A DNA stretch of 64,000 nucleotides. It comes from an uncultured Planctomycetia bacterium. Its GTDB lineage: Bacteria; Omnitrophota; Gorgyraeia; B26-G9. Position 1 is the stretch's first letter. Every line of letters begins with the position of its first letter. The notes beneath the pieces are model-generated. The model ran no database searches and was not told the origin of the DNA. It was given only the letters and a program-made list of their open reading frames with translations. The translations under genes and the position numbers were made by a program. The stretch lies in assembly GCA_964437495.1 (NCBI GenBank), contig CAYTGV010000005.1, forward strand, positions 759 through 64,758, read 5' to 3'. This document shows positions 18,931-28,523 of the stretch, one piece after another.

Positions 18931-19980
18931 TTATTTTATTTTTTCCCGAATCAACTGCGCACGTTTAACATCACGCTGATGAGCTGTAAGCGCTTTAGCT
19001 TCCAGTTTTTGTAAATGTGCTGGCTGTGTTAAAATGAAAAGCTCATTGATTGTTTCCCGAGCTAATCCTTTGATAAGACCCATATCAAATCCTAATCTTA
19101 CATTAGAAAGAAGCTTAATAGTTTCCACACTCGATATAATATGAGCATTTTTTAATATCCCATAAGCACGCCAAACCTGGTCTTCCAAATTGCTCTTATC
19201 TTTAGTCTTTAATACCTGCCGCGCATTTTGTTCATATTCAAAAACCTGATTTAATATCCGTGTTATATTATCAATAATTTCATGCTCACTTCTTCCAAGA
19301 GATACCTGATTAGATATCTGAAAAAAGTTTCCTGTTGCCTCAGTACCCTCTCCGAATAATCCTCTTACCGTAAGTCCCAGCTTAACAATTGCCTGCACAA
19401 CACGGTTTATCTGCTTAGTCATTACAAGCGCCGGAAGGTGAAGCATTGCAGAAGCACGCATTCCTGTGCCTGTATTTGTCGGGCAAGCAGTCAGATATCC
19501 CAGTTTTACTGAAAAAGCGATATTAAGTTTCTTTTCCAATCTATTGTCAATATTTTCTATTTTATTCCAGCATTCCTCAAGCGCAAATCCAGGAAGCAAT
19601 ACCTGAATGCGCATATGATCTTCTTCATTGATCATTATCGAAACAGATTCATCAGAATTTATCGCAACAGCACGGCCTTCTTTTTTAGCAATCAACTCTC
19701 TGCTTATTAAATGTCTTTCCACCATTAGCTGTTTTTCAACATTTGTCGCGTCTTTTATCGCTAAGAACAGACCTTTGTTTTTTATCTCATCAACTTCCCT
19801 AACAACAGGCTCAATTATAGCAAGAGTACTCTCCAGCTGCGGATCAGTCGCCCAATCAGGAAAGATCATCTTTTCGATATTTCGCGCCAGGCGTACGCGG
19901 CTAGAAATAACAATATCAGAATGCGGCCCAGTCCCTTTGAGCCAGCCACTAGTTTGTTTAAGAAGATCGTCAAGTGTCAT
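18931..19980 (-). CDS. mcsB: Protein arginine kinase
   Basis: SSRVRLARN, NEEDH, CPTNTGTG. Confidence 0.96.
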   Translation of the reverse strand: MTLDDLLKQTSGWLKGTGPHSDIVISSRVRLARNIEKMIFPDWATDPQLESTLAIIEPVVREVDEIKNKGLFLAIKDATNVEKQLMVERHLISRELIAKKEGRAVAINSDESVSIMINEEDHMRIQVLLPGFALEECWNKIENIDNRLEKKLNIAFSVKLGYLTACPTNTGTGMRASAMLHLPALVMTKQINRVVQAIVKLGLTVRGLFGEGTEATGNFFQISNQVSLGRSEHEIIDNITRILNQVFEYEQNARQVLKTKDKSNLEDQVWRAYGILKNAHIISSVETIKLLSNVRLGFDMGLIKGLARETINELFILTQPAHLQKLEAKALTAHQRDVKRAQLIREKIK

Positions 19981-19982
19981 TT

Positions 19983-20474
19983 CTAACTCTCCTTTTCCAG
20001 TTTTTTTATTTTATCTCTTAACTTTGCTGCTTCCTCAAACGCCTCATTTTGGATCGCTTTCTGAAGTTTAAGATGAAGATTCTGTAATTTCTTCTTAACT
20101 TGAAAACCTTCATCATCACGCTGGGGCCCTTTTCCTAAATGCTGCAAAGACCCATGTACTTTTTTGAGCAAAGGCACTAGGCTTTCTTTAAAAGTTTCAT
20201 AGCACTGGCTGCAGCCCAGTCTTCCTATTTTGCGAAAATCATCATAAGTCATCTTGCAATTTTCACATTTAAGCACTTTAGTATTTCCACTAGCTGCAGG
20301 TGCCCCAAAATCAACAAGCCCTGCCAAAAGATCCTGTAGGCCAAAGGGTTGTCCCATCCCGGCGATACCCTTTTTCTTGGCACATGCTTCGCAAAGATGC
20401 AGTTCTGTCATCTGATCATTAATAATCTCTGTTAAATGCACAGTAGCTGGCTTCCCGCATAATTGACATTTCAT
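19983..20474 (-). CDS. mcsA: McsB activator McsA (CxxC + UVR)
   Basis: Four CxxC pairs, C-terminal EAFEEAAKLRD UVR. Confidence 0.94.
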   Translation of the reverse strand: MKCQLCGKPATVHLTEIINDQMTELHLCEACAKKKGIAGMGQPFGLQDLLAGLVDFGAPAASGNTKVLKCENCKMTYDDFRKIGRLGCSQCYETFKESLVPLLKKVHGSLQHLGKGPQRDDEGFQVKKKLQNLHLKLQKAIQNEAFEEAAKLRDKIKKLEKES

Positions 20475-20512
20475 ATTAGAACCTCCTTCCAAACCGCTTG
20501 TATTTCATACTC

Positions 20513-20697
20513 GTCGCTAGCCAATAGTCGATGGTCAATAGTAAAAACTATAAACCCTTATTCCTTAGCTATAAGCTCTTTTTAACTTTACAACTTTCTA
20601 CTTCTTGGATATTCGCTTTTAGTTTCTAGAAATTAGTAATTAGTCATTAGTGATTTGCTTTTGGCCATGGGCCATCAGCTATGAGCCATTAGTTATA
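20513..20697. repeat. Degenerate heptamer tandem repeats
   Basis: e.g. AATTAGT AATTAGT CATTAGT; CATGGGC CATCAGC TATGAGC CATTAGT. Confidence 0.55.
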
Positions 20698-20700
20698 ATT

Positions 20701-21579
20701 TTATACTTTGTACTTCACCCCATCCTTTTGGGTTATTTTATTAAATTCTTTTAATAATTGCAGCGTTATTTTGCCTGGCCTTCCATTGCCTATATTTCGG
20801 CTGTCTACTTTTACCACTGGAATTATCTCAGCAGCAGTACCCGTTAGAAACAATTCATCCGCATTAAAAACCTCATGACGGGTCAAGGCACTTTCAAAAG
20901 TCTTAATTTTTGTTTTATTGGCAACAGCAATTACTGCATCACGAGTAATTCCCCGCAATGTCCCCATACTTTGAGGCGGAGTAAATAATTGCCTATTTTT
21001 AATCAAAAAGATATTATCGCCTGTGCATTCGGCCACAAGCCCCATTGAATTAAGCATAATTGCTTCCTGATAGCCGGAATTAATCGCTTCGATCTTTGCC
21101 ATAATATTATTCAAATAATTCAAGGATTTTACCTGCGGATCAACAGCATTCGACAGATTACGAACAGTCGGAACAGTTATAATCTCAAGCCCTTTTTGAT
21201 ATAACTCTTTAGGATATAAAACAATATTATCTGTGATAATTATAATCGATGCTTTTTTGCATTTCCTTGGATCAAGCCCTAAATCTCCAATCCCGCGGGT
21301 TACCACAACTCTAATATAGGCATCTTTTAATTTATTTGCTTTAAGCGTACTGATAATTGCTTTTGTCATTTGCGCTTTGCTCATAGGGATGTCGATCATT
21401 ATAGTATGCGCGCTTTCATAAAGTCTGTCTATATGTTCCTTGAGTTTAAAAACAAGAGATTTATAAGAACGAATACCCTCAAAAACACCATCGCCGTAAA
21501 GAAGCCCATGGTCAAAAACTGATACTTTAGCTTTTTCTTTTTCTACAAGTTTTCCATCTATAAACACCTTCAGTGACAT
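20701..21579 (-). CDS. ilvE: Branched-chain amino acid aminotransferase
   Basis: DHGLLYGDGVFEG, KSLNY, GTAAE. Confidence 0.96.
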   Translation of the reverse strand: MSLKVFIDGKLVEKEKAKVSVFDHGLLYGDGVFEGIRSYKSLVFKLKEHIDRLYESAHTIMIDIPMSKAQMTKAIISTLKANKLKDAYIRVVVTRGIGDLGLDPRKCKKASIIIITDNIVLYPKELYQKGLEIITVPTVRNLSNAVDPQVKSLNYLNNIMAKIEAINSGYQEAIMLNSMGLVAECTGDNIFLIKNRQLFTPPQSMGTLRGITRDAVIAVANKTKIKTFESALTRHEVFNADELFLTGTAAEIIPVVKVDSRNIGNGRPGKITLQLLKEFNKITQKDGVKYKV

Positions 21580-21717
21580 ATTCCCTCCATATAAATATTC
21601 AGTTTAAAAAATAACAAATATACTAAGTATCCGGGGATTTCTCTAATCGCTGTTTTTCCGCTTTTACTATTAGCGATTGTCTATCAGTAATTACCCCCTG
21701 GTCTCATCTCCTAAACA

Positions 21718-22392
21718 CTATTTTTTATCGCTAATTATTCCATCTTTAATAAAAAGCACACGTGTTGAAATATCTGCAATTTCTTTTGAATGAGTAGCTA
21801 TTATTATAGTAAAGCCATCAAACTTGTTCAGATCCTTCAAAAGCTGACAAATCTTTTTCCCGGTCACTGAATCCAGGTTGCCAGTAGGTTCATCACAAAA
21901 AAGCACCTTAGGCGAATTGATCAAAGACCTAGCAATAGCTACCCTTTGCTGCTCTCCACCGGATAAAGCTGAGGCATGATGTGAAGTCCTATCCTGTAAT
22001 CCGACAGTTTTTAATAATTCAAGGGCCCTTGTCTTTATTTGAGAAAAACCCTCCCCTTTGATCAGCGCCGGAAGCATCACATTCTCCAATGCACTGAATT
22101 CAGGCAGTAAATGATAAAACTGGAAAACAAAACCAATATCGCGATTGCGGGTAAGGGCCCTGTCCTTATCTCCTATTGTATAGAGATTTCGCTCATTAAG
22201 CAATACCTCTCCCTTAGATGGCATATCCAGTCCGCTCAATAAATGCAATAAAGTAGATTTCCCTGCCCCTGAGGCCCCGAATAAACTCAGGAATTCCCCT
22301 CGAGCTACAGAGAGATTTATACCCTTTATTACATGAAGCTCCGCGTCCTGAGTTTTATAATATTTATGTAATTCTTTTGCCTGTATTATCAT
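21718..22392 (-). CDS. lolD: Lipoprotein-releasing ABC ATPase
   Basis: GASGAGKST, FQFYHLLPEF, DEPTGNLD; adjacent to lolC/E. Confidence 0.9.
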   Translation of the reverse strand: MIIQAKELHKYYKTQDAELHVIKGINLSVARGEFLSLFGASGAGKSTLLHLLSGLDMPSKGEVLLNERNLYTIGDKDRALTRNRDIGFVFQFYHLLPEFSALENVMLPALIKGEGFSQIKTRALELLKTVGLQDRTSHHASALSGGEQQRVAIARSLINSPKVLFCDEPTGNLDSVTGKKICQLLKDLNKFDGFTIIIATHSKEIADISTRVLFIKDGIISDKK

Positions 22393-23597
22393 TCGTACCG
22401 TAATGCCTCTACTGTATTAAGTCTTGATGCCTGATATGCCGGATAAAAAGTAGCCAGCAGCGTAATGCACATCGCAGCAGCTACGATATATATCACTTCG
22501 ACCGTCTGTATCTTTACTGGCAATGTATTTATATAATATACATCTTCCGGCAATGATATAAATTTATAAGTCTTCAGGATATAGGCCATAAACAATCCCG
22601 CCATCGTTCCAAGTATTGTGCCGATCAAGCCAACCGACAGGCCAACAATTGTAAAAATAATTTTTATACTTGACGCTGAGGCTCCGATGGCCTTAAGTAT
22701 TCCTATATCTTTTGTCTTGTCCATAACCAGCATAATCAAAGTGCTGATAATATTAAGCGATGCTACCATCACGATCAATGCCAAAATTACAAACATGGCC
22801 GTTTTTTCAAGTTTTAAGGCATTAAACAGATTTCTGTTTAGATCCATCCAAGTACGTGTAAAGTAAGGAAATCCTAATACATTTTGTATATGTTTTTTTA
22901 CTCTCTCAGCAGAATTAATATCCCTTATTTTAACACTGATACCGCTTACCAGAATCGGATTATCGGCAAAAACCCGGGCCTTTTCAATAGAAATGAAAAC
23001 TACTCCAGTATCATAATCATACATTTCACTTGAAAATATACCTGAAACAGAAAATGTATTTTCCCTTACTTTAGTAAGCTTGTTTTTTTTCAGTTTACCA
23101 GCAGAGATCAAGTGGATCTGATCGCCTACTTTAAGCAAAAGTTTCTCGGCTAATATTTTACCAATAATAATATTATTGCCACTTTTAAGGTCAAGCGTTC
23201 CTTTTTTAATAAATTCGTTAACCTTGGTAACCCGAGCTTCCGCATCCTCATCCACTCCCCGCACAACAACAGAGACCATTTGATCATCTACAAGAAGCAG
23301 GCCTTGCGTAGTAATAAAAGGCGCGCAGGCAACAACTCCTTTGATCCCTTTAATTTGTTCAATAACAGGAGCCGCGTCATCAAGCCCCCCAAGCTTATCA
23401 ACCAGTATATGACTGCTTGTACCAATGATTCGATCCCGCAGTTCATAGTCAAAGCCGCTCATTACCCCGATAACAATGATCAATGTAGCAACACCTGTGG
23501 CAATACCGATCACAGATATCAGGCTAATAAGAGAAATAAACCGCTCTTTACTTCGGCTAAAAAGATATTTAAATGCTATTTTAAATTCAAAAGACAT
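22389..23597 (-). CDS. lolC: Lipoprotein-releasing permease LolC/E
   Basis: FISLIS..GIA.GV, LKLEK, DIGILKAIGA, YPAYQAS...EALRYE. Confidence 0.9.
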   Translation of the reverse strand: MSFEFKIAFKYLFSRSKERFISLISLISVIGIATGVATLIIVIGVMSGFDYELRDRIIGTSSHILVDKLGGLDDAAPVIEQIKGIKGVVACAPFITTQGLLLVDDQMVSVVVRGVDEDAEARVTKVNEFIKKGTLDLKSGNNIIIGKILAEKLLLKVGDQIHLISAGKLKKNKLTKVRENTFSVSGIFSSEMYDYDTGVVFISIEKARVFADNPILVSGISVKIRDINSAERVKKHIQNVLGFPYFTRTWMDLNRNLFNALKLEKTAMFVILALIVMVASLNIISTLIMLVMDKTKDIGILKAIGASASSIKIIFTIVGLSVGLIGTILGTMAGLFMAYILKTYKFISLPEDVYYINTLPVKIQTVEVIYIVAAAMCITLLATFYPAYQASRLNTVEALRYE

Positions 23598-23694
23598 ATT
23601 AACACTTTCAGTAACAAAACATGGAACTTAATAAATTTTAAATAGAACGCACATCAAATAATTATTCTTTTACCAAATCACTCTTTACTGCATC

Positions 23695-25152
23695 CTAATC
23701 CTGAGCTAAAGTACATGTTACAAGTTCTGCTTTTAACTGCGGAAAGAGTATTACATCTTTAATCGAAGTCTGATTTGTAAAAAGCATCACCAGCCTATCG
23801 ATACCGACCCCTAATCCGCCTGCAGGAGGCATGCCGTATTCAAGTGCCTCCACAAAACTTTCGTCTATAATAGAGCAACATTCATCACTGGCCTGCGCCA
23901 GAAAACGCTCTCTTTGCTCCCTGGGATCATTAAGCTCAGAATAGGCATTAGCGACTTCCATACCTCCCATAAAAAGTTCAAAGCGCTCACTAAGCAATGG
24001 ATCGTCCTTTTTCTTCTTTGCCAAAGGACAAAGCTCTGTATACATATCCGTAATAAAAACCGGATGATTAGTCTCAAGTTTTTCTTCAATCAAATCGCTA
24101 ACAAGATTAAGGATAAAAGTCCGGCTGATCTTCCCCTCTTTTAACTCCACTTTTATGCCCTTTTTCTTAAGCTTTTCTAGCCATACTTCTTCAGTATCAT
24201 CCGGATTAATATCAAAATTATCCCGCATAAGCTGGGCAAAAGAAATCTCCTCCCAATTGGTCAAATCTATGGTCTGAGTTCCAAAGACAAGTTCCTTTTT
24301 CCCCAAGACCTCTGCGACATGCATAATGATTCCCTTAATAAGTTCCATCATATCTTTATAATCTGCATATGCCGTGTATACCTCAAGCATTGTAAATTCA
24401 GGATTATGCTTTGTGGATAGGCCTTCATTGCGGAAACTACGGTTAATCTCATATACCCTTTCCATGTCACCAACAAGAAGTTTTTTAAGATATAATTCAG
24501 GCGCAATCCTCAAAAACAAATCCATGTTCAAGGCCTCAAGATGCGTTTTAAACGGCTTACCCGCAGCTCCCCCTGCTATGAAATGCATCATAGGAGTCTC
24601 CACCTCTAAGTATTCCTTATCGTCTAGAAACTTACGGATTTCCTTAATGATCCGGCTTCTTGCAACAAAAACGTCTTTAACCTCTGCATTTGATATTAAA
24701 TCAAGATAACGCTTTCGATATCTCAATTCCACATCTTTGAGCCCATGCCATTTCTCAGGCAAAGAACGCATACTTTTTGAAAGCAATTCCACCTTTTGGG
24801 CAAAAATAGTCACCTCATTTGTACGCGTCATAAAAAGCTCTCCATTTAAACCAACAATATCGCCCACATCAAGCTTTTTAAGCACAGCAAAGTTATCTTC
24901 TCCTATAGTATCTTTTTTAATATAGAACTGTACTTTGCCGCTATTATCTTTAATATCTCCAAAAATACTTTTACCGTGTGCCCTAAGAGCCACTATTCTG
25001 CCAGCCGTACTCACCTGGAGTTTTTCCGCAAAATTCTCTTTTATCCATACAGCTGTATGTGTTTTTGAAAAATGCCCGCCGTAAAGACAAACTCCTTCAT
25101 TTTTTAAATCATCAAGCTTCTTTATTCGCTGCTGCATTAGTTCATCAATCAT
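23695..25152 (-). CDS. lysS: Lysine--tRNA ligase class II
   Basis: LPEKWHGL, FRNEG, HNPEF, YGMPPAGGLGVGIDRL. Confidence 0.98.
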   Translation of the reverse strand: MIDELMQQRIKKLDDLKNEGVCLYGGHFSKTHTAVWIKENFAEKLQVSTAGRIVALRAHGKSIFGDIKDNSGKVQFYIKKDTIGEDNFAVLKKLDVGDIVGLNGELFMTRTNEVTIFAQKVELLSKSMRSLPEKWHGLKDVELRYRKRYLDLISNAEVKDVFVARSRIIKEIRKFLDDKEYLEVETPMMHFIAGGAAGKPFKTHLEALNMDLFLRIAPELYLKKLLVGDMERVYEINRSFRNEGLSTKHNPEFTMLEVYTAYADYKDMMELIKGIIMHVAEVLGKKELVFGTQTIDLTNWEEISFAQLMRDNFDINPDDTEEVWLEKLKKKGIKVELKEGKISRTFILNLVSDLIEEKLETNHPVFITDMYTELCPLAKKKKDDPLLSERFELFMGGMEVANAYSELNDPREQRERFLAQASDECCSIIDESFVEALEYGMPPAGGLGVGIDRLVMLFTNQTSIKDVILFPQLKAELVTCTLAQD

Positions 25153-25315
25153 TAGGAAATCCTCTTTCTTTACAAATCAAATTAAAATTCAAAATCAGTA
25201 TTAGTTATAAGCCAAAATGATTATTAAAATGCCTGTTGATATCAGCAGCACTAATCCGTTAACACATGTTGAATCAATGAGTTGGGTAATTTTTCGTTTT
25301 TTTATTAACTCCATG

Positions 25316-25344
25316 ATTATATAACTAATAGATTATTGTGTCAA
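25316..25344 (-). promoter_or_regulatory. sigma70 promoter upstream of lysS
   Basis: TTGACA-17-TATAAT. Confidence 0.65.
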
Positions 25345-25584
25345 GTGAAATGGCGATTAAACAAGTCATGGAAATAAAGCTATATGCCTATCCATCTTTA
25401 TAAGACCTTTAACTGTATCATGTTTAATATCAGGTTGTTATATAATTTACTATTAAGCCGCAGTTTGCTTTTTATATATTTTAATGCTATACTCTATCAA
25501 CAAGATAAATTTCATATTATCTTTAAATTTCGCAAAGATTTAGAGGAATTTTTTTTTGGAGTTTTAATTAATGCTTTTTAAAAG

Positions 25585-26493
25585 ATGGAGTTTACTATGG
25601 CTCGTACTACCTGGCCTCAAATTTTATATGATATTGAAGGAAACCTTCTTGTTAGTGCAGACCAGGAGATTTCTAAAAAGGTTATTGACGAAGTCATAGA
25701 AAAACACCAGATACAATCTTCTAAAATTCTACTTTCCCAAACCAAAGTGATCAATGATATTCAAAAACGAATTAATTCTGGAATTTACAAGGAAATGTTT
25801 GCTAATAAAGAAACCGCAGAAAAAGTTATAGACATTATCATGCAAACTTCCTGTACTAAATTGGTGGTGCGGGAACTTGAAACTCTAAAAATTAATATGC
25901 CTGACACTTATAATCACATATTAATAGTCGCAGCGCTTTCTATTAAAATATGCATCGATCTAGACAATCCAGAATTTGATCCGCAGCAGATAGCAAAAAT
26001 CGGACTTGTTCATGACATCGGAAAATCACGTCTGCCTATTGAGGTTATTGAAAAAAAAAGTCCTCTTACGCATAATGAATTCGGGATCATTCAGACTCAT
26101 CCCTGGATAGACCACTTGTTGGTTTCGCACTATCTTAACACAACAAAATCATTTATAGCGCAAGCTGCATTATGTCACCACGAACGGCTTGACGGAAGCG
26201 GTTATCCGCTTGGCATCGCAAAGATCAATAACTATGTCCAAACAATAATCCCTTGTGATATATTTGACGCACTTATAAGCCAGCGGCCTTATCGCAGCGA
26301 GCCTTTCACAGTAAGGGCTGCTCTGGATATCTTAGTAGCAGAATCAAAGAAAGGAAAAATAAACACCAAGTTTGTGAATTGCATGATTAGTTATGCAAGA
26401 AAAGACAAACCACATTATGAAGATATAAAGCCTTCGCAAACAAACCGCGACGCAACACCTAAAATAAACTACTACGGAGTTAGAAAAGACTAA
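25585..26493 (+). CDS. HD-GYP domain phosphodiesterase (cyclic dinucleotide)
   Basis: HDIGK, HHERLDGSGYP, DIFDAL..RPYR. Confidence 0.9.
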   Translation: MEFTMARTTWPQILYDIEGNLLVSADQEISKKVIDEVIEKHQIQSSKILLSQTKVINDIQKRINSGIYKEMFANKETAEKVIDIIMQTSCTKLVVRELETLKINMPDTYNHILIVAALSIKICIDLDNPEFDPQQIAKIGLVHDIGKSRLPIEVIEKKSPLTHNEFGIIQTHPWIDHLLVSHYLNTTKSFIAQAALCHHERLDGSGYPLGIAKINNYVQTIIPCDIFDALISQRPYRSEPFTVRAALDILVAESKKGKINTKFVNCMISYARKDKPHYEDIKPSQTNRDATPKINYYGVRKD

Positions 26494-26727
26494 ACAGTCA
26501 ATACCACTGTATTTTATTACTGTCTGCTTTAATTTTATAGTATCACCAGTTTGGCTGACATATTCAATACCCAAAATTATATCCTGAGCAGAACTTCTTA
26601 ACCTAAGTTCACAATTACCATCAGAGTAAACCCGAATAAAGCATCCTCACTTTTAAGCAATCTATGAAACTCTGTTGACATCAGCCCCCTTCTATATCCC
26701 CTTAGTTTAGAAACATAAGAATATTTC

Positions 26728-28164
26728 CTAAGATGCGGCTCCGTTACTTTTCATAAACCGCGCTTGTATCTTAACAATCCGCTTTGTGTTTTTTGTTATT
26801 TTAAAAGCCTCGCCTAAACGCATACCTATAACCCAAGCGATCATACCGTCCGTCACAATTAACCCTGTGGAATCCTTTTGCTCCTCTTCCATCTTTTGAT
26901 CAATAAAAAATTTCTTCAATTTCTTTTTCCCCTTAGATCCTAAAGGATGGAATAAATCACCTGTTTTCCTTATCCGGACTTCCAGGGGAAAGGCCATTTT
27001 ATCAAGATCAAAATACTCAAGATCCGCAGAATGTTTTTTTAAACTTTTCAGATCACTCGGCCTTTTTATTTTAACTGCTTTAAGACTCATATTTAATCCC
27101 AGGATCTTTAACTCAACACCAAGACGCAAGAAGTGAGAAGACATTTTTACAGGACTGATTGTCTTTTTGCCTTTTTCACCAAAACACACGCGCTTTCTGA
27201 ACTTTTCAATAAATATCCCCTTAGGCAAATCAAGATACCTGCCAGGACTATCAACATTACAGATGAAATTATTAACAATCTGGACATGCCTAAAGTCTAT
27301 GCCGTTTAGATTTCCCTTTAATTCGCTGATGATCTTGCGAATAACTTCGCTGCGCAAAACTAGCGGCAGCCTCAAGAACAATTGTTTATTAACATTGAAT
27401 AAATTATCTTTTTTGACAATTACAATCTTTGAGAAAATTCTGCGTACTTTGGCCTGCAGGATATCTTCCGCCTGCTTTGCCACAACTCCAATGCGAAAAA
27501 TATTCTCTTGTATCTTAGGGCTATACTTTTTAAGCATCGGGATTATTTCAAGGCGCACCTTATTTCTAAAATAATCCGTTTTAAGATTGCTTGAATCTAT
27601 CTTGTATTTAATTTTGCTCTTTTTTAAATAATCCAGGATATCAAGCTTTTCTATATCAAGCATAGGCCGAATAAGCCTGAGTTTTCCCTGGGCTGTCTCA
27701 AAGTGCATACCACCAAGTCCCTTTATCCCCGTGCCTCTAAGCAGACGCATAATAATAGTTTCCACTTGGTCATCTTTTGTATGAGCAAGAATAATTTTTT
27801 TGATCTTATGCATATGGCAGATATTTCTAAAAAAATTATAGCGCAGATTCCGAGCTGTTTCCTCAATGGATAATTTTTCTTTTCCCGCAATAAATTCAGT
27901 AGCCACAGAGCATTTTAAAAAAGGAACTTTTAAGCGTGCACAAAGATTAAAAACAAATTTCTCTTCTGCGTCAGATTCACTACCCCGCAGATTATGATTA
28001 ACATGGGCAACAAACAGACTGCTTTTGTAATTTTTCTGTAAATTTTTCAGGCAATGCAGCAGTAAAACAGAATCAGGGCCTCCCGAAACACATACCAAAA
28101 GGCGCTCCCCAGGGGAGATAAGATCGTACTTATCTATATTAGATTTAATTTTATCAATCATCAT
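26728..28164 (-). CDS. tilS: tRNA(Ile)-lysidine synthetase
   Basis: SGGPDS, AHTKDDQVET, RPML, C-terminal TilS domain. Confidence 0.96.
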   Translation of the reverse strand: MMIDKIKSNIDKYDLISPGERLLVCVSGGPDSVLLLHCLKNLQKNYKSSLFVAHVNHNLRGSESDAEEKFVFNLCARLKVPFLKCSVATEFIAGKEKLSIEETARNLRYNFFRNICHMHKIKKIILAHTKDDQVETIIMRLLRGTGIKGLGGMHFETAQGKLRLIRPMLDIEKLDILDYLKKSKIKYKIDSSNLKTDYFRNKVRLEIIPMLKKYSPKIQENIFRIGVVAKQAEDILQAKVRRIFSKIVIVKKDNLFNVNKQLFLRLPLVLRSEVIRKIISELKGNLNGIDFRHVQIVNNFICNVDSPGRYLDLPKGIFIEKFRKRVCFGEKGKKTISPVKMSSHFLRLGVELKILGLNMSLKAVKIKRPSDLKSLKKHSADLEYFDLDKMAFPLEVRIRKTGDLFHPLGSKGKKKLKKFFIDQKMEEEQKDSTGLIVTDGMIAWVIGMRLGEAFKITKNTKRIVKIQARFMKSNGAAS

Positions 28165-28330
28165 ATTAATAGAATATATAAAAAAATAAGGAGTAGCAAG
28201 CAAATAACTACTATATCGACGACAATAAGATAAGAACATTCATCCTATTTTGACTCAAAACACAAGTCTCAAGCCCCAGGTTTAAAAACTATAACTAATT
28301 CACAATAGTTTAGGTTTAAACAAAAACATT

Positions 28331-28498
28331 AATCAAAAAAGATATTTTTAAAGCGCATTGTCAATTTTAGCAAAAACTTCTGTATTGTTAAAATACAACT
28401 GTTTGAACCGCCGCGGCGGGGAGTTTTGCATTTTAGACAGATTTTTTTGCATGCCATAAGGCAAAATTGGCCTAAGCTTAAAAATATCTTTTTTGATT
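28331..28498. repeat. Inverted-repeat-bounded element, family B copy 1
   Basis: Perfect 21-bp IR AATCAAAAAAGATATTTTTAA; core CTGTTTGA-hairpin-GAGTT shared with 33473-33672. Confidence 0.65.
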
Positions 28499-28523
28499 TT
28501 TAAAAACTATACTCAATAAATAA

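Noticed and set aside
25384-25581. 65-aa + strand ORF before HD-GYP
   Set aside because: AT-rich divergent promoter region, no RBS or recognisable features.
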